A stretch of 55,218 bases of DNA from Chiloscyllium plagiosum. Taxonomy: Eukaryota. Below the pieces are notes generated by a model. It was not told where the DNA came from, ran no database searches, and was given only the letters and a program-made list of their open reading frames with translations. A program made the position numbers and the translations under genes. Positions within the stretch are counted from its first letter, which is position 1, and every line of letters starts with the position of its first letter. This document shows positions 1 to 11,745 of this stretch, one piece after another. Location: NCBI RefSeq assembly GCF_004010195.1, contig NC_057759.1, forward strand, positions 662,236 to 717,453, written 5' to 3'.

Positions 1-1140
1 ATGTGATCTATATGGACTTCATTAAGGCGTTCTCCACGGTTCCCCATGGGACACTGGTTAGCAAGGTTAGAATCTCACGGAATACAGGGGGACCTAACCA
101 TTTGGATACAGAACTGGCTCAAATATAGAAGGCAGAGAGTGGTGGTGGGTCCACTACTTTTTGGCATTTATGTAAATGAGTAGGGTAAGAGCAGAAGAGA
201 TATAGTTAGTAAGTTTGCAGGTGACACCAAAATTGAAGGTGTAGTGGACAGCGAAGAAGGTTACCTCTGATTAAAACAGGATCTTGAGCAGACTGGGCAA
301 TGGACTTTGAAGTGGCAGATGGAGTTTAATTCAGATAAATGAGAGTTGCTGCATTTTGGGAAAGCAAATCTTAGCAAAAGTTATGCACTTAATGGTACGA
401 TCCTAGGGAGTGTTGCTGAACAAAGAGACCTCGAAGTGCAGGTTCATAGCTCATTGAAAGTGGAGTCGCAGGTAGATAGGAAAGTGAAGAAGGCGTTTGG
501 TATGCTTTCCCTTATTGGTCAGAGTTTGAGTACAGGAGTTGGGAAGTCATGTTGCAGCTAAACAAGATATTGGTTCGACCACTGTTGGAATATTGTGTGC
601 AATTCTGTTCTCCTTCATATCAGGAAGATGTTGTGAAACTTGAAATTGTTCAGAAAAGATTTGCAAGGATGTTGCCAGGGTTGGAGGATTTGAGCTGTAG
701 GGAGAGGCTGAGCAGACTGGGGCTGTTTTCCCTTGGAACGTCGGAGGCTGAGAGGTGAACTTATAGAGATTTACAAAATTATGAGCGGCATGGATAGCAT
801 AAATAGACAAAGTATTTTCCCTGGGGTGGGCAAATCTAGAAACAGAGGGCATAACTTTAGCATGATGGGGAAAAGATATAAAAGAGACCTAAGGGGCAAC
901 GTTTTCACGCAGACGGTGGTACGTGTTTGGAGTGAGCTGCCAGAGGAAGGTGGTGAAGGATAGTACAATTACAACATTTAAATGGGATTTGAATGGGTAT
1001 ATGAATAGGAAGGCTTTGGAGTGATATGGGCCGAGTGCTGGCAGGTGGGACTAAATTGAGTTGGGGTAACTAATCGGCATGAACGGTTTTGAGCAAAGGA
1101 TCTGTTTCCGTGCTGTACATCAGTATGACTCTATGACACT
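1..1140 (+). mobile_element. CR1-clade LINE, decayed RT C-terminus and 3' UTR
   Basis: Fragments read SKFAGDTKI (FADD variant), LVRPLLEYCVQF and ERRRLRGELIEIYKI; ends in the short-repeat tail cagtatgactctatgacactat. Confidence 0.92.
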
Positions 1141-1145
1141 ATATT

Positions 1146-1230
1146 CGAAAATCTCAGCAGGTGTGGCAGTATTTGTGCAGAAAAATCAGAGATAATTTTT
1201 CGTGTTCAGTGACCTTCGTCAGAAATCTGA
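1146..1230. mobile_element. Half copy of a short shark repeat (Penelope pLTR-like) with a hammerhead-like core on the minus strand
   Basis: ctcagcaggtgtggcagtatttgtgcaga...tttcgtgttcagtgaccttcgtcag; the reverse complement reads CTGACGA-aggtcactgaacac-GAAA. Resembles the left arm of the palindrome at 11535. Confidence 0.55.
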
Positions 1231-1849
1231 GGAATGATACAAATATTTCAGCTCGTGGGTGCGCAATTTCTTCCCTTGCGTCTCACAATGACGTGGGTAG
1301 CACTTGAACAGGTCCTGGGCATATATTTATGGTTATGCATTTTCAGAGCTGCAACACATCCTTTTCTGTAATTTGGCCCTGTTTGAAAACATCACTACAT
1401 GAATTTATTTCCCCGAGTTCACTCACTACCATTTTTCTTTCTACACGGTTATTTCTCACGTGATATATTCGTGTAAGATCTCACTCATCCAACAAGAGGA
1501 GGTTGTAGGTGGCGAAGGGAAGGTAGCCTAGTCATTGTGAAGAATAGGAACTCAGCACGATCAGGCGCTGGTGTAGTGTGTGGTTGAACTGTTAACTGTG
1601 TTGCTTTGTTTTTCCACTTTTTCAGGAAAGACTGTAATATTTTACCGTTTCGCTTTGTTTTCTTTATTTTTCAGCTTTGTACCACGATTATGTACCTAAG
1701 GGGGGCGGATGCACCTATAGCCTTCAGATTGCGTCACGTGTGGCAACTTGTAAACTTTTCACTGTGCTCATGTGACAATAAATCCAATTAATCTGATTCA
1801 TTTCCTGTCGGTCTACACATCGATGGCTATTTGGTTGTAAATGGGCCCT

Positions 1850-2400
1850 AGTCTCTTCGGGATTTCTGTTTTGCAATTAATCTAATTGTAGAATCTCTTT
1901 CGATTCTCCTTAACCCCAATTGCTAAGCTATCTCATGCCCCCTTTTTACACTCCTTGTCTTCCTCATAAGGTACTCCTACACCCCATGCATTTCTCAAGG
2001 GAATCGCCTGATCCAAGATGCCTATCCTTGCCATATACTTCCTTCTTTTTTTCTTGACCAGAGCCCTAATATCCCCTGTCATGTACCTTTCCCTATTCCT
2101 GTTAGCATTATGCTTCACTCTAACAGAACCATGCTGTCCCTGAACTGTCGTTATCTCGCTTTTGAAAGTCTCCAAATTGACAGATGACCCTCTACAGCTT
2201 CTCCAAATCATCTTTTGAAAGTTCCTGCCTAATACCATCAAAATTGACCTAGCCTTAATTTATCATGTGAACTTGTGGACCAGGTCTATCGTTTTCCAGA
2301 ACTGTTTTCAAACTAATAGAATTACTGTCACTGGCCCTAAATGGATCCCACTCTATCAGATCAATAACTTGCCCTTATTTTATGTTCTCAGTCCTGAGAT
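1850..2400 (-). mobile_element. CR1 LINE ORF2 fragment (endonuclease-RT linker)
   Basis: Minus ORF 1933-2241 (ETFKSEI...VRVK...MTGDIRALVKKKR) resembles CR1 ORF2. Confidence 0.75.
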
Positions 2401-3269
2401 TGCGCCCTCCATCTCTAACTCCACTAATGTTTCATTGCGACCATGCAGAGTACATTATGTTTGTGAATACCCAATGTACTGGCAGCAGCCACAGCTGCTT
2501 AATTCAAAAGCAGTCAGCCATTCCTATATGCTTCGCATCTCATGGATAAAGGCCTCCATTGATACATGGCTCACGCACACTAACCCTTACCACTCTCCTC
2601 CACCAATCAACCACATCAAAGTATCCCGTGTGTACCGTCAGCAATGGGTCTACTGGGGACATCAGGAAGCTGGAACAAAACTTCCGGTGTCTGAACAGGT
2701 CAGAGTGAACCTTCCAGTGCACACTATGTCATGCAGATCTGCAATCTCTCTCCATTTATTATTCCTAATAAATTCACATTTTGACAGCTACGCATTTTAT
2801 ATTCCCTTTCCCAATTATCGTATATAGCTAATCCATTTATAGACTCTCTAATTCCTTTTGATAACTATGTTCCTGCGTATCTTAACGTCATTGACAAATT
2901 CAATTAAAATACATGCGTTCCATTTATCTAAATCGTTGGCATTTGGTAGTAAATAGTTGTGGAGCCAGTACTGTCCACTGCGTCAATGCAGTTGTTAAAC
3001 TGATAAGACCTAATTTATCCCTGATTCCGGCTCAGTAACCAGCTCCCCCCGTATTCCTGCGTAGCAGCTTTGAAAGACCGAATGCTGCCTTCCATTCCCG
3101 TTTAACAGGTATGAGAGATGAAAAGATCTGCTCCAGTCTCTGAGGAACAGTCTCGAATGGCTTACTATCCTCATTCTGAGCCTGTTTAAAACACTTGATG
3201 TGCTGAATATCCTACTCCAGTACACGTGTAGTTGCGAATGTTGCTGAAGTTTTTTTTAAATTACTTACA

Positions 3270-3524
3270 ATGAGGAACAGGCCCGTCAGCCCAACAAGTC
3301 CACATCGACCCACACCACCTCATTCACCTAACACTACAGGCAATTTAGCATGGTCAATTCACTTAACCTGCGCACTTTTTTGGACTGTGGGAGGAAACCG
3401 AAGCACCTACAGGAAAGGCACGCACGGGGAGAATGCGAAAACTCCACACAGTCAGTCACCTGAGGCGGGAATTGAACCCGGGTCTCTGGCGCTGTGAGGA
3501 AGCAGTGTTAACCATTGTGCCACC
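3270..3524 (-). mobile_element. HE1-type tRNA-derived SINE (V-SINE superfamily)
   Basis: ttggactgtgggaggaaaccg...actccacacag...attgaacccgggtctctggcgctgtgagg...accattgtgccacc; reverse complement has A and B boxes (gggttcaattccc). Confidence 0.88.
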
Positions 3525-3861
3525 AGCAGCCCAATTTAAAGCTACCAGTGAACAGCCCACTTCCGGCTTTATGCTAGAGGGAAGGCCATTGATACTGCAG
3601 CTGCTGATAGCCCACAGTGCCTCATGAAATATTCAAGAAACCGTCTCTTCTTATGGGTGTGTGTCTGCGTATTTGGGAAGGGAGTGTTCCTTGTGCCTTA
3701 CGTCACATTTTTGCAACTTTACAATTTGTTACTTCAGATTCAATTACTCCAATAAATCTCTGAATACAGTAACACATTTGAAAATGTCCCAGGTTACTAA
3801 ATCAATCTGGTAAACTTACCAACAGGCTAATGCATAATTTGTTGGCTTTCTTTCCTCACAG

Positions 3862-4769
3862 GTAACGTAGTTACGATCTACGTTCTTCTTTATAAAGATT
3901 GTGGACTGTCTCCATGTGTCAGACGTTACCTGGAGGCCATGGCAGTGGCGGATCTACTGGTCATTATCCTGGACCTGATACTGAGACACATTCCTATTGT
4001 TTATCCAGAACGATTTTATTTCCTGCTGTCCATCCGCATGTGTAATATCCACGCGGTTCTGCTTTATGCAGCCACTGACTGCTCTGTCTGGTTCACCGTC
4101 ACTTTCACTTTCGATCGATTTGTTGCCATTTGTTGCCAGAAGCTGAGAAGTAAGTATTGTAGTGAGAAAATAGCGGCTGTGATTCTGGCAACAGTGACTA
4201 TACTGGGTTGTTTAAAGAACATTTTCTGGTATTTTATGCTCACACATTGGTATCGGCGGTGGAATTCTCCCGTCTTTTGTTATGTAACACGTGAGGTTTA
4301 TTCCTCTCAAGTCTGGGCCACAATCGAATTCCTGCATCACATTCTCACCCCAATTCTCCCATTTTTCCTGATTCTTCTGCTCAATGTTTTCACAATCAGA
4401 CACACTTTGGTGACAAGCAGAACCCGTAAGAGACTCTGGGCTCACACCAAAGGGGGCACTCAGTGCGACATAGAAATGCAAAATCGAAAGAGGTCTATTA
4501 TTTTACTGTTTATGATCTCGGTCAATTTCATCCTGTTTTGGTCAATGTTGATGGTGTTTTCTTTTTGGAAACGGATGTATTATTTGGGGTATAAATCTAT
4601 GTTTCTACATTGGTTTGTGATGGAATTGGGCTTCATGATGCAGCTCCTCACCTGCTGCACAAACACTGCGATTTATGCCGTAACTCAGACTAAATTCAGA
4701 CTGCAGCTGAAGAATGTGTTGAAATATCCTTTTACCCAAATTCATCCATCAATCAAAATCACTAAGTAA
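3862..4769 (+). CDS. GPR139/GPR142-like class A orphan GPCR, large terminal coding exon (end of TM1 through C-terminus); first exon not found in window
   Basis: Acceptor ctttctttcctcacAG ends at 3861. The phase-1 frame reads xNVVTIYVLLYKDCGLSPCVRRYLEAMAVADLLV into the 276-aa ORF, with TM3 CNIHAVLLYAATDCSVWFTVTFTFDRFVAIC and TM7 CCTNTAIY. No stops or frameshifts. Confidence 0.9.
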
Positions 4770-4934
4770 TAAATCAATCCGGGATTTTCTCAATTCAGTT
4801 TAATGTTTCAGTAATGAAACAACCTGTCGCTATGATAACAGACTGAGGGTAATGCTGGTTTGTCCATACTTATCCCACCGGATGTGACAGGGACACATTT
4901 AAATGTTTCTCTCAACTCAGCAGATGATAATAAA
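4768..4934 (+). promoter_or_regulatory. Candidate polyadenylation signals of the GPCR
   Basis: AATAAA at 4768-4773 (overlapping the stop codon) and at 4929-4934. Confidence 0.4.
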
Positions 4935-5271
4935 AGGCAGCAGACCACTCATTGGACCTGTCACTTCCATTTGTAAGCGTAAAATTATTCATTATTAAGT
5001 GCCAACAGCAGAGTGAAATGCAATGTTGTTTGTCTTTGTGTTGAAGAAGCTGATCTGGAGAGATACAGACTTGGCACCAAGTGCTGGGCATCAGGGAATG
5101 GGAGAGATCCGGACCCGAGCTCAAGAGCTGTGTTTAAGTCACTCTGGTCTTGTTTTCACCTCTGGTATTACACACCTTGCCCCATTCTCTTCAGACGCTC
5201 TCTCCTTATTGCAATCTCTTTCCCTCCCAACTCATTTACTCCATCTAATCTCATGATTTGCTCTCTTCTGT

Positions 5272-8200
5272 GATGAGGGGAATCACACACCGGTGTTGTG
5301 GGAACAGAGTGGGGAGAGGTTCACAGGCCGTTGCTTGGAGAATAGGGTGGGGATGTGTCAACAGGCCGTTGCTATGTGAAAAGAGCTTGGATGGTGTTAT
5401 GGCATGTTGTGAGGAAAACGAATGAGGGAGGAGTCACATGTCATTGTCAAGGGAAATGATTGGGAATGATGCTAGCGAAACAGAGTGGGGATGGACGTAC
5501 AGTCCCTGGATGGAAGAACAGAATAGAGATACGTTAACAGGACGTTGCTAGGGGAGCAGATTGGGGTTGGGATCATAGTCTGTGACTGGAAGATCAGAAT
5601 TGGGATGGGGTCACAGTCTTTTGCTGTGAGAACAGAATAGGATGGGTTCACTGCCATTTGCTAGGAGAACAGACTGGAGATTGGTTCACAGGCCGTTGCT
5701 GGGTGAACAGAGCGAAGGTGCGTTCACAGAACGTTGCTGGGAGATTGGCGTGGGGATGGTTTACAGCTCGTTGCTAGGAGAACAAAATGGTTCACAGGCC
5801 ATTATTGGGAAACAAAATGGGGATGGGTTCACAGGCCATTGCTGGAACAGAGCGAGGATGGGTTCACAGGCCATTGCTAGGAGAATGGCGTGGGGATAGT
5901 GCCACAGAGAATTCCTGGGGGAAAGCGTGGAAATACAGAAACAGGCTATTGTCAGGAAAAGAGTGTGTGGATCCAATTACAGGCCCTTGCTAAGAGAAGA
6001 GGGTGAGTATGTGCTCACAGGCCGTTGCTAAGTGAAAAGAACGCGGATAGTTTTACAGTATGATGTGAATAGAAAATAATGAGGATGTATTCACAGGTCA
6101 TTGTCTAGGGCAAAGGATGGGGTCACACACTGTTCCTGGGAGAACATTTTGCTGATGAGTTCACAGGCCATTGCTGGGGGAGCAAGGTCGTGATGGGCTC
6201 ACTGGCCATTGCTGGGGATTCCAGGGATGGGAATGAGTTCACAGACCGTTCCTATGGGAAGAGAGTTGCGATTTATTCATAGACGTTTGGCAGATTAGTG
6301 ATTGGTTCAAAGGTCCTTGCTAGGGGAAAAAGATGGGATTGGTTTGACAGGAAGTTAGTAGGTCAACAGAGTGAGGATAGTTTCAGTGTTAGGAGAACAG
6401 AGTCAGAATGAGTTCACAGGCAGTTACTAGGGGAACAGAGTGGGGATGGGTTGGCAGGATGTTGCTCAGTGGAAAGCGTGGGATTGTTCCGGGTTCAGAT
6501 TGTAGGTGGCGTCAGAGGCCATTGCTAGAGGAAGAGAGTGGGGATTGCTTCACAGGCCATTGCTTGGGAGAACAGAATGGGGATGGGTTTACAAGCAAGT
6601 GCTAGAAGAACAGATGAGGATGGATTCAGAGGTTTTTGTGTTTGGAAATGGAGTGCTGATGGATTCACAGCATATTGCCAGGCAGACAGAGTGGGGATGT
6701 GTAGATAGACTGTTGCTAGGAGAACAGAATGGTGATGTGTTCACTGGCCATTGCTGGGGGAAGCGAATTGGCATGGATTCTCAGGAGAACATAGTGGGGA
6801 TGTGTTCAAAATCTGATGCTAGAACAGCCAATGCTATGGAAACAGAGTTGTAATGGGTTTACAGGTCGTGGCTCAAAGAACAGAGTGGGGATCCGTTCCC
6901 AGGACGTTGTTCGGGAGCAGAGTGGGGATCGATTCACAGGCCGTGATTAGAAGAACAGAGGGAGTATGGGTTCACAGGCCGTTGCTAGGAGATCAGAGTG
7001 GAGATGGGTTCACAGATTGTTGACAGAGGAGCAGATTGGGGATACTAGCGGAAGAGAGTTGTGATTTATTCATAGATGTTTGGTAGGGGAACAGCGTGGT
7101 GTTGGGTTTGCAGGTTGTTGCCAGCGGAACAGGGTGGGAACGGCGTTAAAGGCTGTGGCTAAGACAACAGAGTTGGTATCGTTTCAGAGACCGTTGCGAG
7201 GTGAACAGGCTGAGGATGAGTTCACAGGCCGTTGATCAGACAACAAAAGGACGATCGTTTCATAGGTCCTTGCTGGTGAACAGAGCGAGGATGGGGTCAA
7301 AGGATGTTGCTAGGAGAAAAGCGCGGGGATACGTTCAGAAACTTTTGTTATGGGAAAAAATGCGGTTGGGTTCACAGATAGTTATAGATTTGTGATAGGT
7401 TCGTAGTCCATTGCTGTGAGAACACAGTACGGTTGGTTTCACAGTTCTTAGAAGAACAGAGTGGGGATGGGTTCTCACATAGTTGCGAGGGAACAGAATG
7501 ATGATGGGGTCATAGCCCGTTGCTACAGGAACAGATTGGATATGGGTTCGCAGTCTGTTGCTAGGAGAACACAGTGCGGATGGATTCACAATCTATTGCC
7601 GGGGAAAGGAGAAGAGATTGATTCTTAGGCCGCTGCGAGGTGATAAAGTGGTAACTGGTTCAACTGCCATTGCGAGGAGATCAGAGAAGGGATGTGGTCA
7701 CAGGGAGTTGCGAGGTAAACAGGGTGGAAATACGAAAACAGGCCACTACCAGGAAAACAACGTATAAATGGCGTCATGGGCCGTATATGGGAGAACATTT
7801 TGGAGTTCAGTCAGGGGGAATAGGGTGAAGATGGGTTCACAGGCAATTGCCAGGTAAACAGAATAAGGATGGATTTACAGGCTAATGCTAGGAGAACAGA
7901 GTGGGAATGGGTTGCCAGATTATTGCTTGGATAATAAGGTAGGTATGGAATCACAGAGAATTGCTAGGAAAACAGGTTGAGAATGTGGACACAGACCGCT
8001 AGCAGGACAACCGTGTGTGGATGGGCTCAAATGTCGTTGCTGGGAGAGCTGAGTATGGTTGCGATCACAAAACGTTGCTGGAGGAACAGATAGGGGATTG
8101 GTTCACAAGTGCAAGATAGTTAGGATTTTTTCACAAGCGGTTGGTCGGGGAACAGCGGGGTGATGGTTCATAGGTTGTTGCTCGCCAAACAGGATGGGAA

Positions 8201-11057
8201 TGGACTGTCAGGCCGTTGTTAGGACCACAAAATGGGGATGGTTTCAGAGACCGTCGCTATGAGAACAGTGCAAGGATGAGCTCACAGGCATTTGCAAGGA
8301 GAGCACATTAGGAATGAGTTCACTGGCCATTGCTGGGAGAGCAGACTGAGGGTATGGTCACAGTGAGTTGCTACGAGAACTGGGTGGGATTGCAGAAATA
8401 GGACACTAGCAGGATTTGTTCAGTAGTGTTGATTTGGTCACAGGTCGCTTATGGGAGAACATTTCGGGGATGAATTCATCGGCTATTGTTAGGCGAACAG
8501 GGTGAGGATGGGTTAACAGGCAGTTGCAATGGAAACAGAGTGAGGATGGGTTTACAGTCTGATGCTAGGAGAGCAGAGTGGGGATCGGTTCACTGGCCGT
8601 TGCTAGGAGATCGGAGTTGGGATATAGTTATAGGTCGTTGCTCGGAGAAAAGAGTGCAGATGGGTTCACATGTCGTTGATAGAGGAGCAGATTGGAGATC
8701 GATTCGCAGTGTTTTGCTAGGGGAACAAAGTGACGATAAGATTACAGGCTGTTGCTAGGAGAACAGATTAGGATGACATCACTGACTGTTGCGAGGAGAG
8801 CAGTCAGGCGATGTGGTCACAGGGTGTTGCTAGGGGTACAGGGTGGGAACACGGAAACAGGCCGTTACCAGGATAACAGTGTGTGGATGCGTTCATAGGC
8901 CATTTATGTGAGAATATTTTGGGGAGGGGTTCACGGGCCATTACTAGCGTGAATAGAGTGAGGTTGGGTTCACAGGCAGTTGCGAGGGAAACAGAGTGAT
9001 GGTGGGTTTACAGGCTGATGCTAGGAGAAAAGAGTGGGGAACAGTTTACAGATCATTGCAAGAAGAATATATTAAGGTTGTGGCCACACGGTCTTTCTCG
9101 GGGAACAGGGTGAGAATGCGGACACAGACCGCTACCAGGACAATAGTGTATGAATGGGTTCACAGATCGTTGCTAAGTGACCAGAGTGAGAATGAGTTCA
9201 AGGCAAATGCTCGGAAAACAGAAGGGGATGGCTTCACAGGCCCTTGCTAGGGAATTGGACTGGGATGGGGTCACGAGATGTTGCTAAGAGAAAAGCGTGA
9301 GGATGTGTTCAGACACCGTTGCTATGGGAAAAGAGTGAGGTTGGGTTCACAGGCAGTTGCTAGCGGAACAGCGCGAGGATTGGTTCAATGGCAGTTGCAA
9401 GGGGAACAGAATGAGGATAGGTTTAAAGGCGGATGTTAGGAGAACAGAGTGGGGAACAGTTCGCAGATCATTGTCAAGAGAAAAGATTCAGGATGGTGTC
9501 ACAGGTACTTGCTGTTGGAACAGGGTGAGAATGCAGACACAGACCGCTATCAGGAGAACAATGCGTGGATGGGTTCACAGGTCGTTGCTGGGAGACCAGA
9601 GTGAGGATGAGTTCAAGCCAATTGCTCGCAGAACAGAAGGATATTCACAGGCCCTTGCTCAGGAACATGGCGGGGTCAGGTCACGTAATGTTGCTAAGAG
9701 AAAAGGGTGGGGTTGTGTTCAGACACTTTTGCGACAGGAAAATAAAGGATGGGTTCACAGGCATCGAGATTGGTTCATAGACAGTTGTTGGCAGAACACC
9801 ATGGGGATGGGTTTACAGGCAGTTGCTGGGGAACATTCTGGGGATGGAGTCACAGGTCATTGCTCTGTGAACAGAGTGCGGCTAGGCTCACAGGTTTTGG
9901 TGAGAAGTAGAGAGTGGGGATAGATTCAATGGCCGTTTCGCGGGAAACGGAATGGGAATGGGGTCGCGGACTGATGCAAGGGGAACGGACTGTGAATCGG
10001 TTTACAGACAATTGTTCCGGGAACAGGGTGGATGTGGGGTCACAGTCGTTGCTAGGGGAGAAGATTGGGTATGGTTTCAAAGTCTGTTGTCAGGTGTACA
10101 GAGAGGAGATGGGAGCACACTCAGTTGACATTAGAACAGAGTAGGGATGGAGTCACACACCATTGCTGGGAGAAATCAATGGGGATGGGTTCAAATGCAG
10201 TTGTCAAGGAAACAGAGTGCAGATGGCTTCAGAGTCCATGGCTAGGAGAACAGAGTGGGGATGGGTTCACATGTACTTGCTATGAAACAGAGTGGTAATG
10301 TGCTTACAGGCCGTTGCCAGCGGAAAAGATTCAGTTGGGTTCACAGTCGGTTACTAGGAGAACACAGTGCAGATGGATTAACAATATGTTGCCAACGGAA
10401 AAGTGTAGGCTGTTACGAAGAGAACAGAGTAATAATTGGTTCAACTGCCGTTTCGAGGAGATCAGAGTGGGAATGTGGTCAAATGGAGTTGCGAGAGGAA
10501 AAGGCTGGGAATACAGACACAGGCCGGTACCAGGAGAACAGTGTGTGGATGGCGTCACAGCCTGTTTATGAGTGAACATTTTGGAATCGGTTAAAAGGCC
10601 ATTCATGGGGGAACAGTGTGTTGATGGATTCACAGGCAGTTGCAAGTGGAACAGAGTAAGGATGGGTTGACAGGCTAATGCACGGAGAACAGAATGGGGA
10701 AGGTATCCAAAATCAGTGCGTGGAGAATTGAATAGGTACCGTGATAAAGAGACTTGCTAGTGGAACAGGGTGAGAATGCATATGCAGACCACAGGAGAAC
10801 AGTGTGTGGATGGTAGGCCACAGTGGGATTACGATGACAGACAGTTGCTAGAGGAAACAAAATGGGGATTGTTTGATAAGCCGTTGTTAGGGAAAGAGAG
10901 TGGGGATTTAATCATGCGCGGTTGATGGGGGAGCAGCGTGGTGTTGGGTTCACAGGTAGTTGCCAGCAAAACGGGATGGGAATGAACTGATAGGCCGTTG
11001 CTGAGACAAAAGTGTGGAGATAGTTTCAGGGACGGTTGCTACAAGAACAGATTTGGG
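5272..11057. repeat. Degenerate 38-bp tandem array (minisatellite), about 150 units, copy 1
   Basis: By-eye consensus GGGGATGGGTTCACAGGCCGTTGCTAGGAGAACAGAGT; tgggttcacag at 6967 and 7005 gives a period of 38. Confidence 0.93.
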
Positions 11058-11069
11058 CAACACTATTTC

Positions 11070-11465
11070 GCCAGCATTACTTGCCCTGTGCTGATTTTTC
11101 TCTTGAGGTGGCGGAATATCTACTGCAGTCCGTGTGCTGCAGGTTAACGCACATTGCCCTTAGAGGGTAAGTGAAACTGAGTCCACAAAAGATCAACGAT
11201 GATCTTATTGAATGGTGGAGCAAACTGATTGTCCTACTCCTGCTGCTATTTCTTATTTTCTGATGAAGGAAATTTCAAGAATCTGACGTAACAACACGGA
11301 AGAAACAGGCGATAAATTTCAAAGGTGAGATGATGACGGGCTCCGAGGGGAACTTACAGGGACTGGTGTTCCTATATATCTGCTACCCTTGTTCATAAGT
11401 AGTTGTGGGATTGTAAGGTGCTGTCTAAGGGACTTTGATGAATTTCCACAGTGAGTCTTATACAG
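11070..11465 (-). mobile_element. 3' end of a second LINE family (L2/CR1 group); duplicate near 19565-19960
   Basis: ccagcattacttgccc...actgcagtccgtgtgctgcagg...gaggggaacttacaggg...atctgctacccttg; similar to 47775-48200 and antisense to 24961-25250. Confidence 0.65.
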
Positions 11466-11534
11466 AGTAAATGTTTTCAGTTTAGTGCCCCCTCTTCAAA
11501 ACAGTTCCATGAACTCTGGTTGAACGAATGTTTT

Positions 11535-11745
11535 GAGAGTGTGGTGCTGGAAAAGCACAGCAGGTCAGGCAGAACCTGTGGAGCATGAGAATCGACGTTT
11601 CGGGCACAACCTCATTCGTAATGAAGGGTTTATGCCTGAAGCATCGACTCTCCTGCTCCTCAGGTGCTGCCTGACTTGCTGTGTTTTTCCAGAACCGCAT
11701 TCTTGACTCTGAATTCTAGCACCTGCAGTGCTCAGTTTCTCCTCC
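11535..11745. mobile_element. Palindromic short repeat (about 170-bp hairpin), Penelope pLTR-like or MITE-like
   Basis: Left arm gtgtggtgctggaaaagcacagcaggtcaggcag...atcgacgtttcgggca pairs with right arm tgcctgaagcatcgactctcctgctcct...ctgcctgacttgctgtgtttttccagaaccgcat. Confidence 0.8.

Noticed and set aside
2267..2827. 186-aa ORF
   Set aside because: It starts in antisense CR1 sequence and has no recognisable domain or convincing splice context.
1230..3840. Search for GPCR exon 1 (a YYP...P-type sequence followed by a GT donor)
   Set aside because: No suitable frame with a donor was found; tactatcct near 3163 runs into a stop. Exon 1 probably lies upstream of the window.
5272..11057. CACAG in each unit as an RSS heptamer (CACAGTG) array
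   Set aside because: The sequence 12-13 bp downstream (AACAGAGTG) is a poor match to the ACAAAAACC nonamer, and no V, D or J segments are present.
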